From Camelus dromedarius (Eukaryota), in contig NC_087438.1 in assembly GCF_036321535.1 (NCBI RefSeq), positions 106,237,447-106,270,000 on the forward strand: a stretch of DNA of 32,554 nucleotides, written 5' to 3'. The notes under the pieces are model-generated. The model was not told where the DNA came from, ran no database searches, and worked only from the letters and a program-made list of their open reading frames with translations. The stretch's first letter is position 1. Every line of letters starts with the position of its first letter. This document shows positions 10,128 through 20,489 of the stretch, piece after piece. Both the position numbers and the translations under genes were made by a program.

Positions 10128-13100
10128 TACTTTAGAGCTAGAGACACACACAGGCCGAAAGCGAAGAGTTGGAAAAAGATATTCCATGCAGATGGAAACC
10201 AAAAGAAAGCCAGAGGAGAAACACTTACATCAGATAAAATCGATTTTAAGATAAAGACTGTACAAGAGACAAAGAAGGACACTACATGATGCTCAATGGA
10301 TCAACCCAAGAAGAGGATGTAACTATGTAAGTATATATGCACCCAACATAGGAGCACCTCATTATGTAAGGCAACTGTTAACGTGAAAGGAGAAATTGAC
10401 AGTAACACAGTAACAGTGGGGGACCTTAGCACGCCCCTTACATCAATGGACAGATCATTCAGACAGAAAATCAATAAGGAAATACAGGCCCTAAATGACA
10501 CATTAGACCAGATGCACTTAATTGAAACTTACAGAGCATTCCATCTGAAAGCAGAATACACATTCTTCAAGTACACATGAAACATTCTCCATCAATCACA
10601 TGCTGGCCCACAAAGCTAGCCTCAGTAAATTTAAGAAAATTGAAATCATACCAAGCATCTTTTCTGACCACAATGCTATGAGGTTAGAAATCAACTAAAA
10701 AAAAAAAAATCTGCAAACACACGAAGGCTAAACAATAGCTACTAAACAACCAATGGATCACTGAAGAAAACAAAGAGGAAATAAAAAAATGCCTAGAGAC
10801 AACTGAAAATGAAAACACAATGATCCCAAAACCTCTGGATCGTTCACAGCAAAAGCAGTTCTAAGAGGAAGTCTAGCAGTACAAGCTTACTCAGGAAACA
10901 AGAAAAATCTCAAATAAACAACCTAACCTCATACCTAAAGCAACTAGAGAAAGAGGAGCCAACAAAACCCAGAGTTAGTAGAAGGAAAGAAATCAAAGAT
11001 TAGAGCAAAAATGAAATAGAGACTAAAAAAATTTAGAAAAGATCAATGAAACTGAAAGCTAGTTCTTTGAAAAGACAAACAAAATTGATAAACCTTTAGT
11101 CAGACTCAAAGAAAAAAGGGAGGGGGCCCAAATCAATAAAATCAGAAATGAAAGAGAAGTTACAACCAACCTCACAGAAACACGAAAGGGATCATAAGAG
11201 GCTACTTACTACAACTAAACACCAACAAAAAGGACAACCTAGAAGAAATGGACAATTTCTTAGAAAGGTACAATCTGCCAAGGCTGGATCAGGAAGAAGC
11301 AGACAATACGAACAGACCAGTTGCCAGCACTGAAATTGAACCAGTAATTTTACAACTTCCAACAAACAAGAGTCCAGGACCAGATGGCTTCAACCAGGTG
11401 AATTCTACCAAACATTTAGGGAAGAGTTAACACCTATGCTTCTAACATTANNNNNNNNNNNNNNNNNNNNNNNNNNNNNNNNNNNNNNNNNNNNNNNNNN
11501 NNNNNNNNNNNNNNNNNNNNNNNNNNNNNNNNNNNNNNNNNNNNNNNNNNNNNNNNNNNNNNNNNNNNNNNNNNNNNNNNNNNNNNNNNNNNNNNNNNNN
11601 NNNNNNNNNNNNNNNNNNNNNNNNNNNNNNNNNNNNNNNNNNNNNNNNNNNNNNNNNNNNNNNNNNNNNNNNNNNNNNNNNNNNNNNNNNNNNNNNNNNN
11701 NNNNNNNNNNNNNNNNNNNNNNNNNNNNNNNNNNNNNNNNNNNNNNNNNNNNNNNNNNNNNNNNNNNNNNNNNNNNNNNNNNNNNNNNNNNNNNNNNNNN
11801 NNNNNNNNNNNNNNNNNNNNNNNNNNNNNNNNNNNNNNNNNNNNNNNNNNNNNNNNNNNNNNNNNNNNNNNNNNNNNNNNNNNNNNNNNNNNNNNNNNNN
11901 NNNNNNNNNNNNNNNNNNNNNNNNNNNNNNNNNNNNNNNNNNNNNNNNNNNNNNNNNNNNNNNNNNNNNNNNNNNNNNNNNNNAGACATAGTCATCAGAG
12001 AAGAAAAAGAAAGAAAAGGAATTCAAATTGGAAAAGTAAAACTGTCATTTGCAGATGACATGATACTACACATAGAAAACCCTAAAGCAGCGACCAGAGG
12101 ACAGCTAGGGCTCATCAAGGAATCTGGTGAAGTTGCAGGTAAGTAATTAATACACAGAAATCAGTTGCATTTCTATACACTAACAACGAAATAGAAATTA
12201 ACAATCCCATTTACCATCACACCAAAAAGAACAAAACACCTGTGAATAAGCCTACCCAAGGAAACAAAAGGGACCTGTACTCCAAAAACCGTAAGACACT
12301 GATGAAAAAAAATTAAAGACACAAACAGATGGAAAGATATACCGTGTTCTTGGATCGGAAGAATCAATATTGTTAAAATGGCCATACTACCCAAGCAATA
12401 CACAGATTCAGAGCAATCCCTATCAAGTTACCAATGACATTTTTCACAGAGCTGTAACAAAAAAAGTTAAAATTTGTATGGAAACACCAAAGACCCTGAA
12501 TAGCCAAAATAAGCTTGAAAAAGGAGAACGGAACTGGGTGAATCACACTCCCTGACTTCAGACTATAATACAAAGCTACAGCAATCAAAGTGCTAGCATA
12601 AAAACAGACACAGATCAATGGGACAGGACAGAAGTCCAGAAATAAACCTATGTGCTTGGGGTCAATTAATCTGACAAAGGAGACAAGAATACACAATGGA
12701 GAAAAGACAGTCTCTTCAATAAGTGGTGCTGGGAAAAGTGGACAGCTGCCTGTAAAAGACTGAAATGAGAACATTCTCTAATATTATATATAAAAATAAA
12801 CTCCAAATGGATTAAAGACCTAAATGTAAGGCCAGATACTCTAAAACTCCTAGAGGAAGACATAGGCAGAACACTCTGACATAAATCCAGCAATATTTTT
12901 CTTCGAACCAGCTCCNNNNNNNNNNNNNNNNNNNNNNNNNNNNNNNNNNNNNNNNNNNNNNNNNNNNNNNNNNNNNNNNNNNNNNNNNNNNNNNNNNNNN
13001 NNNNNNNNNNNNNNNNNNNNNNNNNNNNNNNNNNNNNNNNNNNNNNNNNNNNNNNNNNNGGGACTAATTTCCGAAATATATAAACAGCTCATACAGCTTA

Positions 13101-13300
13101 ATATCCAAAAGCAAGCAACCCCATTAAAAAATGGGCAGAAGACCTACATAGACATCTCTCAAAGTAAGACATCCAGATGGCCAACAAGCACGTGAAAAGA
13201 TGCTCAGCATCAGTAATTGTTAGAGAAATGCAAATCAAATCTACAATGAGATATCACCTCACACCCATCTGAACGACCGTCATTAAAAAGTCCACAAACG
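10128..13300 (+). mobile_element. Younger artiodactyl/camelid-type L1, 5'-truncated in the endonuclease domain, segment 1 (includes gaps 11451-11983 and 12916-13059)
   Basis: Endonuclease peptides (RARDTHRPKAKSWKKIFHADGNQKKA; MKGEIDSNTVTVGDLSTPLTSMDRS), then MDNFLERYNLPRLDQEE and the RT motif KLSFADDMILHIENPK. Disrupted, not an intact ORF2. Confidence 0.9.
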
Positions 13301-14113
13301 GTTGGCTTTATTCCTTTGATAACTAAGTAAGTTTAAAAGCTAAAGCTCGAGTAGACCACAGCGAAAAAAAGTGTGACAATGTATGTTCCTGTATAACTGA
13401 AAAATTGTGCTCTACACTGGAATTTGACACAACGTTGTAAAATGACTATAACTCAATAAAAGAAAATGTAAAAAATAGTAAAAAAAAAAAAAGGTAAACC
13501 TCAAAACGTTCTTAGAAACAATGAACAGTACATATATGTAAATTTTGAAATGTACATGCAGTTTAAAAAAATGATCTATCAAGCCATGAAAGACATGGAA
13601 GAACCTTAAAAGACGTATTACTAGATGAAAGAAGCCAGTCTGAAAAGGCTACAAACTGTATGATTCCAACCAAAAGACGTTCTGGAAATGGCACAGCTGC
13701 AGACACAATAAAAAGATTGTGGCTTCCAGGGGTTTGGGTAGAGGGAGGGAGGAATGAACAGAAAGAGCACAGGGGACTTTTAGGGCAATGAACTTATTCT
13801 GTATGGTACCATAATGGTGGCTGCATGTCATTACATCATTATGCATTTGTCAAAACCCATAGAATGTACAACATGAAGAGTGAATCCTAATGTAAACTAT
13901 GGACTTTGGTTGATCATTAATGTGCCCATGCTGCTTCATCAGTTGTACTAAATATGCCACACTGATGAGAGATGTTGAGGGTAGGGGAGTATATATGTGT
14001 GGGTGGGGAAGGCTATGTGCAAACTCTGTATTTTCTGTTCAATTTTGCTGTAAACCTGAAACTGCTCTAGAAGAACAAAGTATTAGAATAAAGAACAATA
14101 TAATATTTTTTTT
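13301..14113 (+). mobile_element. L1 3' end plus poly(A) plus transduced flank containing an L1MC1-like 3' end, inserted as one unit
   Basis: Flanked by the perfect direct repeat AAAAAGTCCACAAACG (13285-13300 and 14114-14129). Camelid-type L1 tail (tataactgaaaaattgtgctctacactggaatttgacacaac...aataaaa...A-run to about 13492), then L1MC1-like text from about 13565 to 14100. Confidence 0.75.
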
Positions 14114-14564
14114 AAAAAGTCCACAAACGATAAATACTGGTGAAGATGTGGAGGAAAAGGAACACTCCTACACTGTTGGTGGGAATGTAAATTGGTGCAG
14201 CCACTATGGAGGACAGTATGGAGGCTCCTTAAAAAAAACAAAAAATAAACTTACCATGTGATCTAGCAATCCCGCGCCTGGGCATATATCCAGAAAAATA
14301 TAATTCGAAAAGACACATGCACTTAAATATTCACAGCAGTAGTATTTGCAATAGCCAAGACATGGAGACAACCCAAATGTCCATCGACAGATGACTGGAT
14401 AAAGAAGTTGTGGTATATGTATACAATGGACTACTACTCAGTTATTAAAAAGAAAAGAATAAAATAATGCCATTTGCAACAACATGGATGGACCTGGAGA
14501 CTGTCATTCTAAGTGAAGAAAGAGAAAGAAAAATACCATATGATTTTGCTTATATGTGGAATCT

Positions 14565-14602
<38 letters not shown>

Positions 14603-14707
14603 TGAACTTATTTACGAAACAGATTCACAGACATAGGCAACAGACTGAATGATTTCCAGAGGGGAAAGGGGGTAGGAAGGGATAAATTGGGAGTTGAGAA
14701 TTTGCAC
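14114..14707 (+). mobile_element. Younger L1, segment 2 (ORF2 end and 3' UTR) with an internal (CA)n at about 14568-14600
   Basis: Resumes exactly after the TSD (ataaatactggtgaagatgtggaggaaaagg...) and includes MPFATTWMDLETVILSE, typical of L1 3' regions. Confidence 0.85.
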
Positions 14708-14884
14708 CTCTTGGGGACTGATGGAAATGTTAGCTATCTTGATCGTGGTGGCAGTTTCATAGGTGCATACATCTATCAAAATTCGTCAAACTGTGCATCT
14801 GAAATATGTGTAGTTTGCTGTACAGAAATTATACCACAATAAAGGTGTTAATTTAAAAAATAAAATAGGAAATTAAAAAAAGAG
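14708..14884 (+). mobile_element. Old L1M-type 3' terminus and A-rich tail
   Basis: gatggaaatgttagctatcttgatcgtggtggc...aaactgtgcatctgaaatatgtgtagttt...ataccacaataaag resembles old L1MB/MD 3' ends, not the end expected for the element it follows. Confidence 0.6.
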
Positions 14885-15899
14885 AAGAGCATAGTTGAAG
14901 TAATCTTATCTCCTGATTTCAAAATTTACTACAAAGCTACAAACAGTAACCAAAATAGCGTAGTACAGCATTAAAATAGACATGAAGACCATGGAATAGA
15001 ATTGAGAACCCAGAAACACACCCTCACATCTACTGTCACTTGTTGTTGTTTTTTGGTAAGAGGGCTACAACTGTTCACTGGGGAAAGAAGAGTCTTCAGC
15101 AAATGGCACCGTATCACACACAGAAGCTTGAAGTGAGACCTTACCTTACACCATATACAAAAATTAACTCAGAATGAATCAAAGACCTGAATCTTAGAGC
15201 TAAGCTATAGAACTGAAAAAAAAAACAAACATAGGTGCAGATCTCCATGACTTTGGATTTGGTAACAATTTCTTCAACACGACACCAAAAGCACAGGCAA
15301 CAAAAGAAAATAGATAAATGGGTNNNNNNNNNNNNNNNNNNNNNNNNNNNNNNNNNNNNNNNNNNNNNNNNNNNNNNNNNNNNNNNNNNNNNNNNNNNNN
15401 NNNNNNNNNNNNNNNNNNNNNNNNNNNNNNNNNNNNNNNNNNNNNNNNNNNNNNNNNNNNNNNNNNNNNNATGGACTAAGAACTTGAACAGACATTTCTC
15501 CAAAAAAGATACACAAATGGCCAATAGCACATTTAAAAAAAAAATGCCATTAGTCATCAGAAAAATGCAAATCAAAACCATTTGACACCTATTAGAATGG
15601 CTATAATTTTTTTTAAAAGGAAAGTTTTGGTGAGGATTTGGAGAAATTGCAACCCTCATACATTGCTAGTGGGCCTGTAAAATGGTCCAGCTGCTATGGA
15701 GAATAATTCCTCAAAAATGAAACATTTGTCACAATAGCCAAAGTTGGAAACAGCCTAAGTGTCCATCAACAGATGAATGAAAAAACAAAATGGGGTATAT
15801 ACACATAAAGGGAAATGCTAGTCAAAAAAAGCAATGAAGTTCTGGGCTATGTTACAACATGAATTAACCTTGATACATTATGTAAGTGAAATGAGGCAG
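14885..15899 (+). mobile_element. Old L1 (L1MB-like), segment 2 (includes gap 15324-15470)
   Basis: Continues ORF2 from segment 1 (cctgatttcaaaatttactacaaagctac...) and ends at aagtgaaatgaggcag where the ERV is inserted. Confidence 0.8.
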
Positions 15900-16369
15900 C
15901 GTGGGGCTGCACCCCACAGGCCTGCGAGCCTTGTAGCTGCTCACCCTCGAGACTGAAGAAACGGCCTGGAGGCAGTGACAGAGACATCAATGATTTTTTT
16001 GGGTAGCGGATCTTACACGTCCAAAACAAAGGGTCAGAGAATAACTCCCCAGTGTACGGCAGACGCCAGGCAAGACCTGGCAGCAATCTTTGCTACATGG
16101 GGGAGAAAAAGGTTGGCTCATGGGTTACCAAGGAAACCAGCAGCTGGGCACATCCTCACAGCCCCTCAGTTTAATGACCATCACGAGGGCATGTTTCCCT
16201 TTAATAAGCTCACAGGTGGAGCTGTTCTGGCCTAAGGATTAGAACCATCGGTAGCTGGGGCAGAGGGCAGGCTCATTCATGTGACTAGGGTGGAGGTGAA
16301 GCAGGACTGGCTGAGCAGGGGTTGTTCAAAGAGCAAGACAATAGCCACCTGGAGCAGCCTGACCATACA
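15900..16369 (-). mobile_element. 3' LTR of a class III (ERVL-like) provirus
   Basis: Direct repeat of 18680-19169, roughly 80% identical by eye (gggctgcacccc...gaccataca). On the minus strand it is preceded by agggctggag, similar to the ERVL polypurine tract aggggtggac. Confidence 0.85.
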
Positions 16370-16688
16370 CTCCAGCCCTACATACCCTGCTCGGCCCTTA
16401 GCATCTTGGTCCCCCTCTTCCGCTGGATCTCTGAGGTCAGGTCTGTACAGGTGCACCGCAACCGAGCACCACATATGCAGCGGAGACAGCAGCAGCCACG
16501 GAGTATCAGGAGTCCAAGTGGTGGGTGAACTTTGGAGCCAGGAGCTTATCGGGTCAGTTTTGTCATGGAATTCGAGGAGGAGGAGAACACCAGCATCTCG
16601 CTGTAGACTCAGAGTCAGACTCATTTCACAGTGAGGCCGCTGTGGCCGCCCAGTTCTCGAACAGATTTTCTCCACTCGCACTAGGAAC

Positions 16689-17308
16689 TGTAACCAGCAG
16701 GACCCTAGGGGGCCTCCCTGGGACCGACCCCTGTCCACATCCTCTGCCTGCCTCCTCTTTGTACAAGAACGTTAGCCTACTCGGCCGTCCCTGAGTTCTA
16801 ACAAATAAATTTAATCAGAGTAGTGAGAAAATGCAGAAACTAAGGAAAAACAGTCAAAGCAAAATAGTTTGGCCATTAAATAAAGTCAAGGACCTTTAGC
16901 TCCCCCTCAAGGGCTATAGATACTATTTTGAGCCAAATCCTTTGAGCTGTTTCACAGGCGCTGAAACCCCTACCCAGGTGGAGGAAATTAACTGTATGCC
17001 GACCACAAGCACACAGACCTCAGACCAGCTGGAGGGGTGATGATGCTGACTCCCCATTTCCTCACCACCAACCGATCAGAAGAATGTCCACGAACTCATC
17101 ACCCCCCCCCCACCCCTCTCCCTCACCCTGTCTTCAAAATTTTTTCCCTGAAAGCCACTGGGGAGTTTGGGTCTTCTGAGAACCAGCTTTCTGGACTCCT
17201 GGTCCGGCATCCTGCAATAAACACTGCACTGTCCTTCACCACAACCCTGTGTCGGTGCATTGGCTTGACTGCACACAGGTGAACAGACCGAAGTTTCGTT
17301 CGGTAACA
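16689..17308 (+). mobile_element. Solo LTR (ERV1-like, 620 bp) inserted in the ERVL internal region
   Basis: Termini TGTAACC...GGTAACA form a near-perfect inverted repeat. AATAAA at 17216-17221. 4-bp flanks gaac (16685-16688) and ggac (17309-17312) differ by one base. Confidence 0.75.
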
Positions 17309-18659
17309 GGACAAAATACAAGGTGTTTCAAAGGCACAATACAGACAAGATCATGACAGTGAAGGAAGATGCCAGCTGTGACCGCATCCTCACACAGTCC
17401 CACCCCTGCCTGTGGTTTCTGTCCTGGCCTGCAGCACCACACCTCCTGTTTACCCTCAGTGCCCCCAGCTGGTGCCAAAAACCGGGCAGGCACCATAACA
17501 GCAGTCCACAGGGGACAGGGTTAATATAACGGAGTCTTTCTTCAGCAGGGAGCCCAGGTTAATTATTTGAATAGTCTTAGGTGGGAGTAGGTAGCGGACG
17601 GACGAAATCTCAAAGTCCCTTTCTATCCTGTTCCCCACAGGGTGGCAAACCCTGACCCCCGGGGAATTACCTGCCAGTCCCGCAGCCGCTTTGTAACGTG
17701 TTGCCCTGGGAGTAGATCCCGTGGCCCCGGCAAGAGGAAGTTCCTGTCCTGACCGAAAGTTGTCAATGGTCCTTCCGCAGTCAGTCGTTGAACTGGGAAT
17801 GTGTTGATTAGTTGTCTCTGGGTTAACAGGGCGGAGGCGCTGGGATGATTGCTCCTGGGTTGTGCCACGTGTGCAGAGCGCCGGCTTCCCGGCTCAATGG
17901 CTGTCTGAGTGGTCCATTCACAGCCCGGCAGCAGGGGGTGGTAAGGCAGGTGAAGCGCCAGTATATGTCGGTTTTATCGGCCCATTCTTGAAGCTCATGG
18001 CCCCATAAAGTGGGCTCCTTGGTTGCTGCTGATGGCCACGCAGGTGCCGTGTGTTGCGCACAGCTGTTCTAGTCTCGAATGGCAGTTTGCTCGACAGCCC
18101 TCGCAATGTCTCCCAGCTGTCGGAAGGCCTTGTGGGCGGCATATAGTTGCTGGCCCATCACACTATACCATTGCTCTGCCTCCTTCCAAAGCTGGGACCA
18201 GAAGTCCAAGAGTACTTTTATTATTTTGCCACTGCCATGGGCCCCAACAAAACCCTTTCGGGTAACTGGCCACGTCCAAGTCACAGGATTGTCTCTGAGT
18301 TAACACCCCTAAGGCCTGGGTCCGTTACTGTTTAGGGGTGGACGGCCGGGGGTGTGCCTGTCTTACCCAATGAGGTAGCACCCAAGTATCTGATGGGTAA
18401 ACCAGGTCCTTGCATTTTGTCTGTGTTCACCAGCCATCCCGGTGCAGTCAGATGAGCCACGAGCACAGGGCTGCTACTTGTAAACTGGCAAGACGCAGAG
18501 GTTAACAGGATATCAGCAATTCAACAAAAGAGGAAGACATCTCATGGTCATCGGCTGCCACAGGGCGCCAATGGTGCTGGACGGCCACCCCCGGGGAGCG
18601 CTCCTGCAACTCTCTGTCCACCGTCCTTGTTGCCGACCATCCCGGTGCTCAGAGGAGTT

Positions 18660-18677
18660 TCCTCGGTTGGCTTGCCA
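18660..18677 (-). other. Retroviral primer-binding site, degenerate tRNA-Arg(ACG)-like
   Basis: Minus strand reads TGGCAAGCCAACCGAGGA, 2 nt after the 5' LTR end. The complement of the tRNA-Arg(ACG) 3' end is TGGCGAGCCAGCCAGGAG, so there are two G>A changes and a one-base insertion. Confidence 0.65.
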
Positions 18678-18679
18678 AG

Positions 18680-19169
18680 TGCTGGGCTGCACCCCGCAGG
18701 CCTTCAAGCCTTGTAGCTGCCCATCCTTGAGACAGAAGAAACAGCCTGGAGACAGCGACAAATTCATCAATGGCTTACTGGACGGGGAACCTTACACGTC
18801 CAAAAGCAAGGGTCGGGGAGCAACACCCCACCATGTAGGACTAGACGCCAAGTACTCTTTGCTACTTAGGGGAAGAGGTTGCCATTTATAAAGGGAACTG
18901 ACGTCAGATTGGCTCATCGGTTACCAGGGAAACCAGCAGCTGGGGCACATCCTCACAGCCCCGCAGGTTAACGACGACCTGGAGGGCAGATGTTTCCCTT
19001 TAATTAACTAGCAGGTGGAGCTGTTCTGGCCTAAGGATTAGAACCATCACTAGCTGGGCCAGGGGGCAAGCACGTTCATGTGACTAGGGTGCAGGTGAGG
19101 CAGGGGCTGGTCGAGCAGGAGATGTACAGGGAGCAAGAGGACAGCCATCTTGAGGGACCAGACCATACA
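18680..19169 (-). mobile_element. 5' LTR of the class III (ERVL-like) provirus (490 bp, TG...CA)
   Basis: TG at 18680 and CA at 19168-19169. 5-bp flanks ggcag (15895-15899) and cgcag (19170-19174) fit a class III TSD with one mismatch. Removing the provirus rejoins L1 text aagtgaaatgaggcag-acacacaaaaggac. Confidence 0.85.
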
Positions 19170-19459
19170 CGCAGACACACAAAAGGACAAGAACTGTGTG
19201 ATTCCTCTTGTATGGAACATCTAGAATGGGAAGATCCATAGTGACAGAAAGTGAATTAGCGGTTACCAGGGGCTGAGGGGAGCGGGAATGGGGAGTTGAT
19301 GCTTAAGGGGCCCAGGGTTTCTGCTTGAGGGGATGGAAAATGTTAGAATTAGATACTAGTAATGGTCGCACAACATTGTGAATGTAATGAATGCTTAACA
19401 GTGGTTAAAATGGCAAATTTTATGTTATATATATTTTATCACAATAAAAATACATACAG
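19170..19459 (+). mobile_element. Old L1 (L1MB-like), segment 3: 3' end
   Basis: acacaaaaggacaagaactgtgtgattcc...ggttaaaatggcaaattttatgttatatatattttatcacaataaaaa is the L1MB 3' terminus. Confidence 0.85.
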
Positions 19460-19575
19460 GGGGAGGGTATAGCTCAGTGGTACAGTGCGTGCCTAGCATG
19501 CACGAGGTTCTGGGTTCAATTGCCGAGTACTGACATTAAAAATAAATAAATAAACCTAATTACCCCCCCCACCAA
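19460..19575 (+). mobile_element. Camelid tRNA-derived SINE (Vic-1-type)
   Basis: ggggagggtatagctcagtgg (A box) ... gggttcaat (B box) ... aaataaataaataaacctaattacccccccc. Perfect 14-bp TSD AAAAATACATACAG at 19446-19459 and 19576-19589. Confidence 0.88.
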
Positions 19576-19619
19576 AAAAATACATACAGAGCATCAAAGG
19601 CAGCTTTGAGTTTTAAAAA

Positions 19620-20362
19620 TTCGCGTACCATGAAATGATGCTTTCAAGTGCACGGCTCAGTGGGTTTTAGTACATCCACAAAGTTGTGCAGCCATCACTA
19701 CTGTCTGATTTTAGAACATTTAATCATCTCAAAAAGAAAGTTCATATCCATCAGCAGTCCTTTCCCGTTCCTCCTTCTTCCCAGCCCCTGGCAAACACTA
19801 AATTACCGTGTTTCTATGGGCTGTTTATTCTGGACATTCACATAAATGGAATCCTACAATATATGGCCTTTTGGTGTCTGGTTTCTTTCACTGAAACATA
19901 ATGTTTTCAAAGTTCATCCATGTTGCAGCATAAATCAGTACTTCAAACTGTTTTTTCACAACGGCCAAACCAGTCTGCATTCCTGCCAGCAATGTCCGAG
20001 GGCTCCAATTTCTCCACAGCCTTGCCAAAACTTATGACTTTCCATTTTTTAAAATTATATCTATCCTAGTGAGCGTGAAGTGGTTTTTGACTTGCATTTC
20101 CCTAGTAACTAATGATGTTGAGCATCTTTTCACGCGTTTGTTGGCCATTTGTACATCTTTGGAGAAATGTCTAAGACCTTTACCCGTTTTTGAATCGGGT
20201 TTTGTCTTTTTTTTCCCTTGAGTTGTGAGAGTTCTTTATACATTTTGGATACTGGACCCTTATCGGATAGATCATTTGGGTCTGTGATCCATTTTGAGTT
20301 GATTTCTGTGTGTCACGTGCAGTTGGGGTACAATTCCATCCTTTTGCATGTGGCTAGCCAGG
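19620..20362 (-). mobile_element. Old L1 (L1M) fragment, antisense and internally deleted
   Basis: cacaaagttgtgcagccatcac...ctggacattcacataaatggaatc...ttgacttgcatttccctagtaactaatgatgttgagcatcttttcac is the antisense L1 3' region. Confidence 0.8.
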
Positions 20363-20489
20363 CTCAGGGGAGGATGTGAGACCCATGAGTGACTCGCCCA
20401 CCCCACATTCTATCCACAGACACTGGGAACTCTGGGCCAAAGGTTCCCAAACACCCACGTGGGCCGGACACAGACACTGCTGGCCTCAG

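Larger units (their letters stand above)
16370..18679 (-). mobile_element. Heavily deleted ERVL-like internal region with pol pseudogene fragments
   Basis: Minus-strand peptides resemble recalled HERV-L Pol: RT HLTAPGWLVNTDKMQGPGLPIRYLG (about 18456-18360; cf. GWEINPTKIQGPSTSVKFLG); RT-RNase H region LDFWSQLWKEAEQWYSVMGQQLYAAH (cf. LGFWSKALPSSADNYSPFEKQLLACY); integrase ISSNQGAHF..EWADKTDIYWRF..LPYHP..AAGL (frameshifted; cf. IASDQGTHF..QWA..IHWSYHVPHHPEAAGL); integrase C-terminus VWCCRPGQKP (cf. VWVTPPGKKP). No gag or env seen. Confidence 0.8.

Noticed and set aside
10128-14707. Possible active or intact L1
   Set aside because: 5'-truncated with no ORF1 or promoter, ORF2 has multiple stops and frameshifts, and it is interrupted by an insertion.
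11405-15659. Long ORFs of 116-236 aa in the ORF track
   Set aside because: Artefacts of N gaps (11451-11983, 12916-13059, 15324-15470) translated as X within L1 sequence.
16277-16794. Possible env or captured gene in the ERV 3' region (ORFs of 153, 117 and 89 aa)
   Set aside because: No signal peptide, furin site, CX6CC motif or transmembrane segment, and the longest ORF runs across LTR boundaries.
19460-19575. tRNA gene (also 26199-26290)
   Set aside because: Has A and B boxes but also a SINE body and tail, and the first copy has a TSD. These are tRNA-derived SINEs, not tRNA genes.
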